A stretch of 64,000 bases of DNA from contig NC_042999.1 in the NCBI RefSeq assembly GCF_006345805.1, forward strand, positions 4,960,001 to 5,024,000. Reading direction: 5' to 3'. Position numbers and translations under genes: made by a program. Source of the stretch: Octopus sinensis. Lineage: Eukaryota. The stretch's first letter is position 1, and each line of letters begins with the position of its first letter. A model generated the notes under the pieces. That model ran no database searches, was not told the origin of the DNA, and saw only the letters and a program-made list of their open reading frames with translations. This document shows positions 38,072-51,038 of this stretch, piece by piece.

Positions 38072-39410
38072 CTGGAAAGAAGACAATAATGGTTTCAAAT
38101 TTTGGCACAGGGCCAGCAATTTCAGGGGAGGGTTAAGTTGAATAATGACTAAAATATAATTTCTAACTACCAAATTCACTTGCAAGACATTGGTTGGCCA
38201 GAAGCAGCACACTGAGGGCCAAGACAACTGAAAACCAACTGTAATACAGAGACACATGAATGCTAAGGTTATGATTATTGTTTTTGTTTTTTTTCCTATT
38301 ATTCTTTCACTTGTTTCAGTCATTTGCTTATGGCCATGCTTGAGCACCACCTTAAAGGTGTTAGTCAAAGAAATCAACTCCAGAACTTATTCTTTGTTAG
38401 CCTAATACTTATTCTATCGGTATCTTTTGCCGAACCGCTAATGTTACAGGGACATAAACACACCCACAAATATGTATATACGACAGGCTTCTTTCAGTTT
38501 CCGTCTACCAAATCCACTCATAAGGCTTTGGTCAGCCCAAGGCTATAGTACAAGACACTTGCCCAAGGTTCCATGCAGTAGGACTGAACCTGGAACCATG
38601 TGGTTGGTAAGCAAGCTACTTACCACACAGCCACTCCTGTATCTATAACAATGATTTGGTTTTATACATAATATACACCCAGAACCATGCAAATTAGCTT
38701 AGGAGTGAAATTTAGGATTTCTTGGTTTTCTGTGAATCATCATCATCATCGTTTAACGTCCGTTTTCCGCGCTTGCATGGGTTGGACGGTTTGACTGGGG
38801 TCTGGGAAGCCAGGGGCTGCACCAGGCTCCAGTCTGATCTGGCAGAGTTTCTACAACTGGATGCCAACCATTCCGCGAGTGTAGTGGGTGCTTTTTACGT
38901 TCCACCTGCACAGGTGCCAGGGGTGTCTGGCATCGGCCACGATCGGTTGGTGCTTTCAATGTGCCACCGGCTCGGAAGCCAGTCAAGGCAGCGCTGGCAT
39001 CGGCCACGTTCGGATGGTGCTTTTTATGTGCCACCGGCACAGAAGCCAGTCGAGGCGGCGCTGACATCGGCCACATTCAGATGGTGCTTTTTATGTGCCA
39101 CCGGCACCAATTTTGATAAAACTTTTCCCAGCTGGTTTTCACACTATGACACCACCATTGTTATGTTTCCATTATTCTGTGGAAAAGTCCTTTCTTTTTT
39201 TTATTTCAGATTCTTCAACTTTTTGGGTGAACCATACTAATAGCTTTTGAATGGAAACAGCCCATCAAGACATCTTTTTTTGTTTTTTTACAGAAAATGA
39301 AGGGTAATGATACATATTAAGCATGCACTGAGTCTATATTTAACAGAACACCAACAACAACAACAACAATAATAAAGCATTATTATAAGATTATAAAACA
39401 AATCGCTCAC

Positions 39411-39506
39411 TTGAATCACTTGAGAATCCTTATTATAAGTACTATAGACTGTATTCTCTTTCCAGTCCAGCAGATCAATCGTTGGAAGACCAGATAACAT
39501 CAGCTC
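39411..39506 (-). CDS. HACE1: HACE1 exon (ELMLSGLPTIDLLDWKENT...QVIQ)
   Basis: ctccag acceptor, GTGAGC donor, phases 0/0. Confidence 0.95.
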
Positions 39507-41122
39507 CTGGAGATGAAAGAAAAACAAAAGATGCAGCATTCGAAGGGGTTCAATAGTCAGGATTGAGATTAGATTCCAATGGAAGATGCAAAACATAAAT
39601 AATTAAGAGAAAAATTTGGTAGAAACATTGCATTTCATAAAAATTACAGCAGAGAGGGCATGTCAACGAAGGGGTCACAAATGGGGACAAAATGATTTTT
39701 GACAAACCTGTGTGATTAATTGACCAAATGATTTAGCCAAACAATTGATTAGTTGATTCGTTAACCAATTGACAAATAATAATAAAAGAAATGAAATGGA
39801 ACCAGTATGTGTTATTATTGGCTTAATGACCCTCCCAAAATGCAATGAAGTTTGTTTCAACACAGGAGATTACATCAAGAATCTTGCAAAGCATCATCAT
39901 CATCATTGTTTAATGCCCATTTTCCATGCTAGCATGGGTTGGATGGTTCGACTGTGGTCTGGGAAGCCAGGAGGCTGCACCAGGCTCCAGTCTGATCTGG
40001 CAGAGTTTCTACAACTGGATGCCCTTCCTAATGCCAACCACTCCGTGAGTGTAGTGGGTGCTTTTTACGTGCCACCAGTACAGGTGCCAGGGGAGGCTGG
40101 CAACAGCCACGATCGATTGGTGCTTTTTATGTACCACTGGCACGGAAGACAGTCAAGGTGGCACTGGCATTGGTCACGAACATGTGGTGCTTTTTAAGAA
40201 ACCTGAGTGATTGAGTGACCAAATGACTCAGCCAAACAATTGATTAGTTGATTTGTTAACCAATTGACTAATAGTAATAAAAGAAGTGAAATTGAACCAG
40301 TATGTGTTATTATTGGCTTAATGACCCTCCCAAAATACAATGAAGTTTGTTTCAACACAGGAGATGACATCAAGAATCTTGCAAATCAAATCCAAAAATG
40401 AAAAATACCAAAACCTTTTCCTGTAAAGCAGAAAGAAAAGGATCAAGATGCCTGGTGCCTTACTATGCTCAAGAAGACCCATGCCCCACAGCAGAAGTGT
40501 TAAGACCGGTTCCTCTAGTGATGTAAAGCACTTCTTGTAGTGCCATGTAAAAACGCCCATGTGGCAGCACATAAAAGCACCCAGCACACTCTGCAAAATG
40601 GTTGGCATTAGGAAGGGCATCAAGCTGTAGAAATTCAAATGGAAATTGTAGTTAAGACCCGTGCCGGTGATACGTAAAAAGCACCGTCCGAACGTGGCAG
40701 ATGCCAGCGACACGTGACTGGCATCCATATCGTTGACACGTAAAAGTACCAACCGATCCTGGCTGTTTGCCAGCCCGCTCTGGCCCTTGTGCCGGTGGCA
40801 CGTAAAAACACCCAGTACACTCACGGAGTGGTTGGCGTTAGGAAGGGCATCAAGCTGTAGAAACACTGCCAAACCAGCCTGGTGCAGCCTCCATGGCTTA
40901 ACAGACACCTGTCGAACTGTCCAACCCATGCTAGCATGGAAAACGAACGTTAAATGATGATGATGATGTCTAATGCAGCTCCCCAACTTGCCAGCTCTAG
41001 TCAAACCACCCCACCAATGCCAGCATGGACAACAGACGTTAAATGATGACAACAAACCAGATTTGAAAACCAAGTTATCAATTATTGATTCGTTGAAATA
41101 AGAAAAAAACTGTCAGACTCAC

Positions 41123-41254
41123 CAATTCGTATTCGTTAAACATCTGCACCAGTGACTGTGGAATGTATTCGTGAAAGCCCTGTAGGAAACTATTAATTTG
41201 GGGTTGGATTGCTTTTGTCATTCTCAGTTCGGTGACCAGCTGGACATATTCATG
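41123..41254 (-). CDS. HACE1: HACE1 exon ([19 protein letters not shown]...EYEL)
   Basis: tttcag acceptor, GTGAGT donor, phases 0/0. Confidence 0.95.
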
Positions 41255-41312
41255 CTGAAAGGATAATCAGGGAGCAGCTTCGTTTAACGTCATTTGTAAA
41301 AATATGAGAATA

Positions 41313-41694
41313 CTAGCAATATCGCCCGGCATTGCTCGGGTTTGTAAGGGAAATAACTATATAAGCATTCTTAGAGAGTTATAGCCAAAAAAATGCATTA
41401 AAAATGAAAAAAAAATGATGGTAAATTTTTTTTTAAATCGTTGACTCATTGTAGACATTTTTAGAGAGTTACTTCCCTTATATAATAGCGAAAAAAATGC
41501 ATTAAAATGGAAAAAAAATGATGGTAAATTTTTTTTAATATCGTAGACTCATCGCGCTAATACCCAGAAGGGCTCGATATGAATCACAACTATAAGATAC
41601 CCGCTTTTGGTTAAACTGCACCGCAAAATGTGGGAGTAGTTAGGAATCTAAATCGTAGGAGACAGACACACAACTTGACTTTTATATATAAAGA
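41313..41694 (-). mobile_element. Non-autonomous Helitron, same family as 24294-24671
   Basis: A|TC and CTAG|T ends, 3' hairpin CCCGAGCAATGCCGGG. Confidence 0.8.
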
Positions 41695-41736
41695 TTAGCA
41701 GTTGCTAATACAACATAGTTAAAGAGGAGTGTTTAC

Positions 41737-41871
41737 CTTATTGCTGTCGTTGACGGTCTGTTTGCTGCCACCAGGCTTCAGTTCAATTTCTTGTAACATA
41801 CCAAAGACATCAGTTTGTACGGAGAATGTTAGGTTCAATCCCAAGTTGTTGATTTCATGATCAAGTAACCA
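41737..41871 (-). CDS. HACE1: HACE1 exon (WLLDHEINNLGLNLTFSV...NDSNK)
   Basis: gtccag acceptor, GTAAAC donor, phases 0/0. Confidence 0.95.
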
Positions 41872-42382
41872 CTGGACAAAATAATAATAATAATAATATA
41901 ATAATAATAATGATTTCAAATTTTTGCCTCAAGGGTAGCAATTTTGGGGGAAGGGAGGACTCAGTTCTTTCTACTACAGGTACAAGGCCTGAAATTTTGA
42001 GGGTGGGGGCCAGTCAATCAGACCAACTCCAGTACATAACTGGTACTTAATTTATTGACCCCCGAAAGGATGAAAGGCAAAGTTGACCTTTGCAGAATTT
42101 GAACCCAGAAAATAAAGACAAACAAAATGCCAGTAAACATTTTGCCCGGCATGCTAACGATTCTGCCTTATTCACAGGAATATTAGGTTTCATATTCTTT
42201 TACTTTTTTCAGTCATTTGACTGCGGCCATGCTGGAGCACCACCTTTAATCGAGCAACTCGACCCCAGGATTTATTCTTTTGTAAGCCCAGTACTTATTC
42301 TATTGGTCTCTTTTGCCGAACCGCTAAGTAACGGGGACATAAACACACCAGCATCGGTTGTCAAGCAATGCTAGGGGGACAA

Positions 42383-42419
<37 letters not shown>

Positions 42420-42732
42420 CGATGGGCTTCTTTCAGTTTCCGTCTACCAAATTCACTCACAGAGATTTGGTCGGCCCGAGGCTATAGTAGAAGACACTTG
42501 CCCAAGGTGCCACGTAGTGGGACTGAACCTGGAACCATGTGGTTGGTAAACAAGCTACTTACCACACAGCCACTCCTGCGCCTATATATACATATTGACA
42601 AGATCAGTACGAGATCAAACAAATTAGCTCTTATATTAATCTCTAATCATCAGTACCTGTGCAAATTCCATGTTTTTTTCTAAGAAAACTATAAGATTGT
42701 CGGAAACTCTGTAGAGGAGTTGATTTCTAGTT

Positions 42733-44254
42733 TTAACCCTTTTGATACTAACCCGGCTGAAACTGCCTCTGGCTTTGTAGCACAGATGTCTTGTTTTCAT
42801 AAGTTCTGAATTAAAATCTTCCATCAAACCTTAATTAAAAATTTATGTTTTTAACACTAGCTTAATGATAACTAAGTTATTTTACTAAATTCTTTGTTAT
42901 ATTTAAAATCAATTGAAAGAAACACAGAACATCTCAATAGAAATATGGTAACAAAAGGGTTAAAGTTGGAGAGAGAAAGAATAAGGTGGGCCTTAACCCT
43001 TTTGATACAAACCCAGCTGAGACTGCCTCTGGCTCTGTAGTACAAATGTCTTGTTTTCATAAGTTTTGAATTAAAATCTTCCACCAAACCTTAGTCCCAA
43101 TTTATGTTCCCAACACTAGCTTAATGATAACTGAGTTATTTTACTAAATTCTTTGTTATATTTAAAATCAATTGAAAGAAACACAGAACATCTCAATAGA
43201 AATATGGTAACAAAAGGGTTAAAGTTGGAGAGAGAAAGAATAAGGTGGGCCTTAACCTTTTGATACCAACCCAGCTGAGACTGCCTCTGGCTCTGTAGTA
43301 CAAATGTCTTGTTTTCATAAGTTTTGAATTAAAATCTTCCACCAAACCTTAGTCCCAATTTATGTTCCCAACACTAGCTTAATGATAACTGAGTTATTTT
43401 ACTAAATTCTTTGTTATATTTAAAATCAATTGAAAGAAACACAGAACATCTCAATAGAAATATGGTAACAAAAGGGTTAAAGTTGGAGAGAGAAAGAATA
43501 AGGTGGGCCTTAACCCTTTTGATACCAACCCAGCTGAGACTGCCTCTGGCTCTGTAGTACAAATGTCTTGTTTTCATAAGTTTTGAATTAAAATCTTCCA
43601 CCAAACCTTAGTCCCAATTTATGTTCCCAACACTAGCTTAATGATAACTGAGTTATTTTACTAAATTCTTTGTTATATTAAAATCAATTGAAAGAAACAC
43701 AGAACATCTCAATAGAAATATGGTAACAAAAGGTTAAAGTTGGAGAGAGAAAGAATAAGGTGGGCCTTAACCCTTTTGATACCAACCCAGCTGAGACTGC
43801 CTCTGGCTCTGTAGTACAAATGTCTTGTTTTCATAAGTTTTGAATTAAAATCTTCCACCAAACCTTAGTCCCAATTTATGTTCCCAACACTAGCTTAATG
43901 ATAACTGAGTTATTTTACTAAATTCTTTGTTATATTTAAAATCAATTGAAAGAAACACAGAACATCTCAATAGAAATATGGTAACAAAAGGGTTAAAGTT
44001 GGAGAGAGAAAGAATAAGGTGGGCCTTAACCCTTTTGATACCAACCCAGCTGAGACTGCCTCTGGCTCTGTAGTACAAATGTCTTGTTTTCATAAGTTTT
44101 GAATTAAAATCTTCCACCAAACCTTAGTCCCAATTTATGTTCCCAACACTAGCTTAATGATAACTGAGTTATTTTACTAAATTCTTTGTTATATTTAAAA
44201 TTAATTGAAGGAAACAAAGAGCATCTCAACAGAAATACAGTAACGAAAGGGTTG
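42733..44254. repeat. Tandem array of six piggyBac-type MITEs, 257-260-bp period
   Basis: Unit starts at TTAA 42733, 42993, 43252, 43510, 43767, 44026; identical 29-bp spacer. Confidence 0.92.
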
Positions 44255-45326
44255 ATGTTAGATTTGCATAGTTATTTATGGCTGAATATGGAAATATTTT
44301 ATTTATAAGATTTTTATGTAAAGTTTTGTTTTTCTGAAGGATTTTTGATTATTTCAAAGAGTTTGCAGAGATCAAATGGTGGCTGAGTTATTGAGGGTTT
44401 TATTTGTTTGAGTTGGTGCCAGTTATATCGTTATAACTTATTGATATATTTAATTTGGAACTCAGTGGGGAGAACTACAAAATATGAAATGTCTTCTTGT
44501 ATTGTATTTTCACTGAAATGTTTTATTCTTCAGGTGATACTGAAGGTAAAGTTTTAGAAGAGAATATCTTTGGAAACTATATTCTTTATTACACAATGTT
44601 GTTTCATCCACTTCTAGAGTTCTTTACTCTTTTACTTGTTTCAGTCATTTTACTGTGGCCATGCTGGAGCACCGCCTTTAGTCGAGCAAATCGACCCCAG
44701 GACTTATTCTTTGTAAGCCCAGTACTTATTCTATCGGTCCCTTTTACTGAACCGCTAGTTACAGGGACGTAAACACACCAGCACCGGTTGTCAAGCGATG
44801 TGTTTGGGGCGACAAACACACATATATATATACATATATATGATGGGCTTCTTTCAGTTTCCATCTACCAAATCCACTTACAAGGCTTTGGTCAGCCCGA
44901 GGCTATAGCAGAAGACACTTGCCCAAGGTGCCACGTAGTGGGACTGAACCCGGAACCAAGTGGTTCGTAAGCAAGCTACTTACCACACAGCCACGCCTAC
45001 GCCTTGTCTATTATTTTGACTTTTATCAATAAATAAACAAACTCCAAAATGGAATGAAATCAAACATTGTCTATCTCTAATGTTATTCTGCTTGTCTGGG
45101 ACTACTCGAGTGAAGTTTCTATTCCTAGGGAAGGTAACGTTTCCCCCATGGTTTAGACATGTGATCATAGAAGACTGGAAACGAATGACAGAAACAATCA
45201 TTTACAACTGGGGGTCGATGTATCTGACAAGCCCCTTTCCCCCCAAAAAAATGTCAGGCCTTGTACCTAGAGAAGAATGGATTATTGTTATTATGAAATT
45301 AGATGCATAATTATTGTGGACCTTAC

Positions 45327-45388
45327 CTGGAGATTCTTTGCATAGTCCGGATCAATAGAGGAAACATCTTTGTAATTTACAGGAATTC
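45327..45388 (-). CDS. HACE1: HACE1 exon (IPVNYKDVSSIDPDYAKNLQ)
   Basis: ctaag acceptor, GTAAGG donor, phases 1/0. Confidence 0.93.
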
Positions 45389-45429
45389 CTTAGTTTGGAA
45401 ATAGAAGCAAAATAATAATAATAATAATA

Positions 45430-46070
45430 ATAATTAATTCTCGTTTATTGGCCACAAGGGCTAACAAAAATCAATTAAAACATAAAGGGACAAAACACAG
45501 GACGAAAGTTACAAAAAGGGTTTTGTCCGTTTGAAAAGTTCGTGTAAAAATGCAAGATAACGAAAATATAACAAGTAAAAACTCCCAATAGGGGGAGGTG
45601 CTTCGAAAAGTTACTCGTGGAAAAACCCATAAAAACCACGGGAGCCTGGTCAAAAAGGGGGTAGAGAGCTCTTTTCTCCTTTTATATTACCTTTTTTTGT
45701 TACAGGTGTAACCTCAGAATTGGTCCGTTCATACTGGCCGTTCTTCCGACATTCACCCACGAGTATATTACGACGTATCAATATTATAGTAATGCTTTTT
45801 CTGAAAAAAGCTTATTGTGTCTGTGTACGCAGTGGGAATGAGTTTGCCTGTGTCTTTTGTCCTTTACATGTGGTTCATTGGCTTTAAACAAAAAGCCTAT
45901 TCGTATGGTGCCATTTATTTGCAAATCTCTTGTGTAACAATGTCTGAGATGTTTGCTCTTTGATGGACAAAAATAATCGTTTACTCTGCTCGGAAACAAG
46001 TTGGGGTTATCAACAGAAAGCCATGGAAAATTCTGTCCAAATATACTCTCACCTGATCCATGCAAGGCAC
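45430..46070 (-). mobile_element. LINE 3' end, probably L1/Tx1-like, degraded
   Basis: WVNVGRTASMN-like terminus, long 3'UTR, TTAGCCCTTGTGGCCAATAAA-(ATT)n tail. Confidence 0.45.
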
Positions 46071-47243
46071 TGACTTGATGATGATGATAATGATGATGGA
46101 AGCTTAGTTTTAATATTCTATAAGGGCACAGGCATGGTTGTGTGGTAAGAAGTTTGCTTTCCAGCTACATGGTTCTAGGTTCAGTCCCACTGCATGGCAC
46201 CTTGAGTACAAGTGTAGCTAGAGTGCGTGCCACCCAGGGCGACCCTTCCGTTTGCTGCCCTCAAACTCCACAGAAAACACATATTGCCTACAGCAGACCC
46301 AGAAGTGGTGCCCCTTTAAAAGCACCGACCCACCCCAGCAGCTATGCTAGTGACCTTGAGCAAGTGTCTTCTACCACAGCCTTGGGTCGATCAAAACCTT
46401 GTGAGTGGATTTGGTAGATAAACTATTATTAACACTGACGGCAACTATTCAAAAGAAAGTTATTTAAAGAATTTCTATTATTTTTTTGACATCCTGGTGT
46501 TGGATAAATAATTTCACAAAGCAGCAGGGAAAGAAAGTATTCACTCTACTATTACTACTGCTTCACGAGGTGAAACGCTCTCTGCCAACAGCTCACAGTG
46601 AACTGCTTGCCATCAGTTGCTCACAGTTCTTTATTTTATAGTAATGTGCCTGTCCACTTTTAGTCAGTTGGGGTGGTCAGAATCTTTCCACAACAATTTG
46701 TTCTGAATTCTGAAAATTTTAATACAGGAGTGGCTGTGTGGTAAGTAGCTTGCTAACCAACCACATGGTTCCGGGTTCAGTCCCACTGCGTGGCATCTTG
46801 GGCAAGTGTCTTCTGCTATAGCCTCGGGCCGACCAATGCCTTGTGAGTGGATTTGGTTGATGGAAACTGAAAGAAGCCCGTCGTATATATGTATATATAT
46901 ATGTATGTATGTATGTATGTGTATATGTTTGTGTGTCTGTGTTTGTCCCCCTAGCATTGCTTGACAACCGATGCTGGTGTGTTTACGTCCCCCGTTACTT
47001 AGCGGTTCAGCAAAAAAGAGACCGATTGAATAAAGTACTAGGCTTACAAAGAATAAGTCCCGGGGTCGATTTGCTCGACTAAAAGCGGTGCTCCAGCATG
47101 GCCGCAGTCAAATGACTGAAACAAGTAAAAGAGTAAAAGAGTAAACTAAATACAAACTGAATGCGATCCGTGTGCTTGTTTATGTCTATACAAGTAGACA
47201 TCCATTTATTTTTAGAGTATAGCAAAAGCAGAGGCTTACTTAC

Positions 47244-47393
47244 CTAAAATATGTTTATAGAATGACCGAGTGAAGTAAATATTTAGCAGTTGTCGATGAT
47301 AGAGAGCCAAACCAAGGATATGACCAGCAAAACGGAAATAATTCAGATGATCAGGATTTATAGAGGAATTGCTGTTCGGTTGGAATGTACAAC
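47244..47393 (-). CDS. HACE1: HACE1 exon (CTFQPNSNS...TRSFYKHIL)
   Basis: ttttag acceptor, GTAAGT donor, phases 1/1. Confidence 0.95.
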
Positions 47394-47760
47394 CTAAAAT
47401 ATGGAGAAAGAAAATGATGGATTAGATAGACAGGGATAGGTTAATTCATAGATTAATTCATTACTAGGCCTGAAAATATAGGTTTTTGAAATATTAAGTC
47501 CTTCAACTGACTAAAGCATACAATATACCTTTAATAATAATAATAATCCTTTCTACTGGAAACATAAGACCTCAAATTTGGGGGAAGGGATTAAATCGAT
47601 TACATCAACCTCCAGTGTGTAAATGGTACTTATTTAATCGACCCCGAAAGGATGAAAAGCAAATCGACCCCGGCGGAATTTGAACTCAGAACATAGCAGC
47701 AGACAAAATACTGCTACGCATTTCGTCTGGCTTGCTAACGATTCTGCCAGCTTACCGCCT

Positions 47761-48560
47761 TTTATGATGATGGCAATCCCTCAAGGTCGAGGATGATGGT
47801 CTTCGTGCAAATTTACTGGTGAGTCCATGGGTGACCGATAAGACCAATTCTTGCTTGAAAAGATCGGTCGCAGTGCGGACATCTAGTGCCGGAAGGGAGA
47901 GTCGCACGTGGTTGTTGTTGGCGCTCCTTCCGTCGTCGTCTTTTCTCCTCCAGCTTTGCAGACCTTTTCGACTCGAAAGTCGCCGTTCCCTCATGGATGG
48001 TGGTTTTCCAGAGTGGTCTGTTTTTTGCCGTTTCCTCCCAGTTAGTGAAGTCGATGTCACACTTTTTGAGGTTCGTTTTCAGGGAGCCCTTGTAGCGTTT
48101 CTTCTGACCTCCTTTTGTATGCTTGCCATCTTTGAGTTGCGAGTAGAAGATCTGTTTGGGAAGTCGTTTGTCAGTCATTCTAACCACGTGGCCGCTCCAT
48201 CTTAGTTGGCCTTTGATGACATAGGCTTCGATGCTGGTCATTTTTGCTTCTTGTAGCACGCTGACGTTAGTTCTTCTGTCTTCCCAGCTGATGTTAAGGG
48301 TCTTCCGAAGACAGCGTTGGTGAAATTTCTCGAGCGTTTTCAGGTGGTGACTATACGGGGTCCAGGTTTCGGATGCGTAAAGGAGGGTTGGAATAATGAC
48401 TGCCCTGTACACTATGAGTTTGGTTTCAGTTCGGATGTAGCGATCAGCAAAAACTCTTGTTTGAAGCTTGCCGAAAGCTGTTCCTGCACACTTCATATGG
48501 TGTTGGATTTCATTGCTGAGGTCTACCTTTGCTGACAGATGGCTCCCAAGGAGGGGTTGA
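47761..48560 (-). mobile_element. RTE (BovB-like) LINE, 5'-truncated, ORF2 C-terminus
   Basis: LLYASETWT, LRWSGHVVRM, GGQKKRYK and C2H2 finger CPHCDRSFQARIGLIGH; open for about 250 aa; CATCAT tail. Confidence 0.88.
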
Positions 48561-49001
48561 ACTTTTGCAGACCAACCACCTTTCATAAAATACACACATA
48601 TGTTGAAATTAACAAGAGTGACCATCATCATTATTATTACTATTATTATTATTATTATAGACATCGCACAGTATCCAATAACGAGAGGTTGTTGATTGAA
48701 GATATTGTGTCTACTGGGGTTTGTACTGTTTGTCAAGTCACAGCAAGGACCTCAGACAGACAGAATACTTTACGCAATATGCATCTAGATTGTAGGGTAT
48801 TTCTAAGGTTTTCAGATGTTATTTCAGATTGGGTGGTATTGAACCCAATTATTATTATCATTATTATTATTATTATTATTACTATTATTATTGTTATTAT
48901 TAATGATAATAATAATAATATATTTATTACATATATGTTATTATATTACAATAATTTGATGATGGGATTTTTATTTGAAAATTAATTAGTGAAACACTTA
49001 C

Positions 49002-49089
49002 CATCCGTAGATTGTGTAAATAATGCATAATCTGGGTTGAGAATTTCTTTAGATAAAACATCAAACCATTCTCTAACGACTCCCAAACC
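49002..49089 (-). CDS. HACE1: HACE1 exon ([29 protein letters not shown])
   Basis: tttcag acceptor, GTAAGT donor, phases 0/1. Confidence 0.95.
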
Positions 49090-49591
49090 CTGAAAAATTG
49101 ATAAAAAAGAAAACTTGTTGACAAAATATTCATAAATATTTCCGTAAATTCATCTCTGAGTAAGATGTCCTGAAATGCATCATGGTTTAACATCTACTGT
49201 TTTTACCAAAAATATTTTCATAGAATCATGTGCTTGAGAAGAAAACCCATCAAGCTGAGCAAAATTGCAGTCGTGTCACGCAAATAGCACCTGTGCCAGC
49301 GGCACGTAAAAGTACCCGTTACACTCTGTAGAGTGGTTGGTGTTAGGAAGGGCATCCAGCCATAGAAAACAATGTCAAATCAGACTGGAGTCTGGTGCAG
49401 CCTTCCAGCTTACCAGTCCAGTCAAACCGTCCAACCCATGTCAACAAAGTCAACTTCAGTAGGATTTGAACTCCGAATGTAGAGACGAAATGCCGCTAAG
49501 CATTTTGCCTGGTGTACTAACAATTCTGCCAGCTCGCCACCTTAATAATAATAAATTCCTAGTATTTTCAAAGTACTTTCACTCCACTTAC

Positions 49592-49689
49592 CATTCCTTT
49601 TTCTCCTTCAAATTTCACAGAAATGTTTTTCTTCAATTTGCCAGAATTTATTTTGTGCAACATCTCACAACTACTATCAAAGACCCGTT
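49592..49689 (-). CDS. HACE1: HACE1 exon (RVFDSSCE...VKFEGEKGM)
   Basis: tttcag acceptor, GTAAGT donor, phases 1/0; HECT start. Confidence 0.93.
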
Positions 49690-50059
49690 CTGAAACAGGA
49701 AAAAAAATATAAGAGTCAGAGGAATTTACAGAAAAATATAGAAGAACGTGTGAGTGCGTGCATGCGTGTGTGTGTGTTATTTAGCTGTAAAATTACATCA
49801 GTGATTCAAAAGTCCAGAATCTTGTGGGTAGCCCACATATTGAAGTTGTTAATCAAATTTTCTCTCCGTGCAGTAGAGAATATATTTTAATACAATATGA
49901 AAAGAAAATTAATGATTTATAACTTAATTTGATATGTGCCATGCATGAAATTCTAGGCCTTTGAGTGACTTATGTAACTTTATAATTAGTAACATAACAC
50001 AAAAACACACATGCATATATATGTGTGTGTGTGATAGATGTGATATTTGTTTCACTTAC

Positions 50060-50168
50060 GTCGATCAATAACTAACGACTCCTGTGAAGTTGGAGAATCA
50101 AACATATCATTGTTGTAATCTTCAGGGTGGAGGTTTTCATAGAACCACTCCTGTCGCGCTTCAAAAGG
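50060..50168 (-). CDS. HACE1: HACE1 exon (PFEARQEWFYENLH...LVIDR)
   Basis: ttcacag acceptor, GTAAGT donor, phases 0/1. Confidence 0.93.
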
Positions 50169-50821
50169 CTGTGAAAGAAAGTAGTGAAGAGAAAAGCTAC
50201 TAGCAATGACTAAGACACAACACACACACAAATTTGTTGGTATTATTGATTATCAAAGGAAAAAAAAATGAAACAATAAAAATAGAGAATTAAACATTAA
50301 TTAATCATTAGGAAACATACTTTTTTATTTTTTACTTGTTTCAGTCATTAGACTGCAGCCATGCTGGGGCACTGCCTCGAAGAATTTTAGTTGAAATTAG
50401 CAATTCCAGTACTTTTTTTTAAAGCCTGGTACTTATTCTATCAGTCTCTTTTGCCAAATTGCTAAGTTACAGGCAAGTAAACACGCCAACACTAGTTGTC
50501 AAGCAGTGATAAGGGACAAACACTGATGCATAACTTAACATTATGTACTTTATAATCTTTGTATTTTTAACTATTGGCTGAAACAGCTGTAAGTTATTTT
50601 CCCAATTTATATTCATGTTTGTTATTTTATAATAATTACTGGTATCTTTATATATTAATATATTTTATATCTTATATGTAAAGCATAATATGTTATATAT
50701 ATGTATATTATTGTAATTATCAGTTTAGTAAATACATAAGTTAATATAACGTCTAAAAGTTGATGAACCATCTATTAATCCCCTCCATTTTTTTATTGCT
50801 ATATATATATATATATATATA

Positions 50822-51038
50822 TGATGGGGTGGTGAAAATTTCCTGGCTTTAAGGGTATCGTGAAAGGCCTGGTTGGAGACCCAACCTTCTGAGTTCTTTT
50901 ACAGGTCTTCCAAAAACTGAAGGACTGCTGCACTAAGTATGTGAATCTAAAAGAGGGAAGCATTGAATAAAATCATAATTTACTGATCCTCCTGTATTTT
51001 CTTTTATCCAAAACTAGGAACTCTTCAGCACCCCATTT
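50822..51038. mobile_element. Mariner-derived MITE, degraded
   Basis: Imperfect TIR TGATGGGGTGGTGAAAATTTCCTGG / CTAGGAACTCTTCAGCACCCCA in TA context. Confidence 0.55.

Noticed and set aside
42733-44254. CRISPR-like repeat/spacer appearance
   Set aside because: Spacers are identical, repeats are about 230-bp MITEs, there are no cas genes and the DNA is eukaryotic.
48561-48736. N-terminal part of the 307-aa ORF 47813-48736
   Set aside because: Low-complexity (ATT/ATG) intronic flank read through by chance; RTE homology starts near 48560.
49598-49600. GEKG instead of GEEG in the HECT domain as a restorative K-to-E editing site
   Set aside because: Lys occurs at this position in other HECT ligases (NEDD4 GEKG), so no repair is needed.
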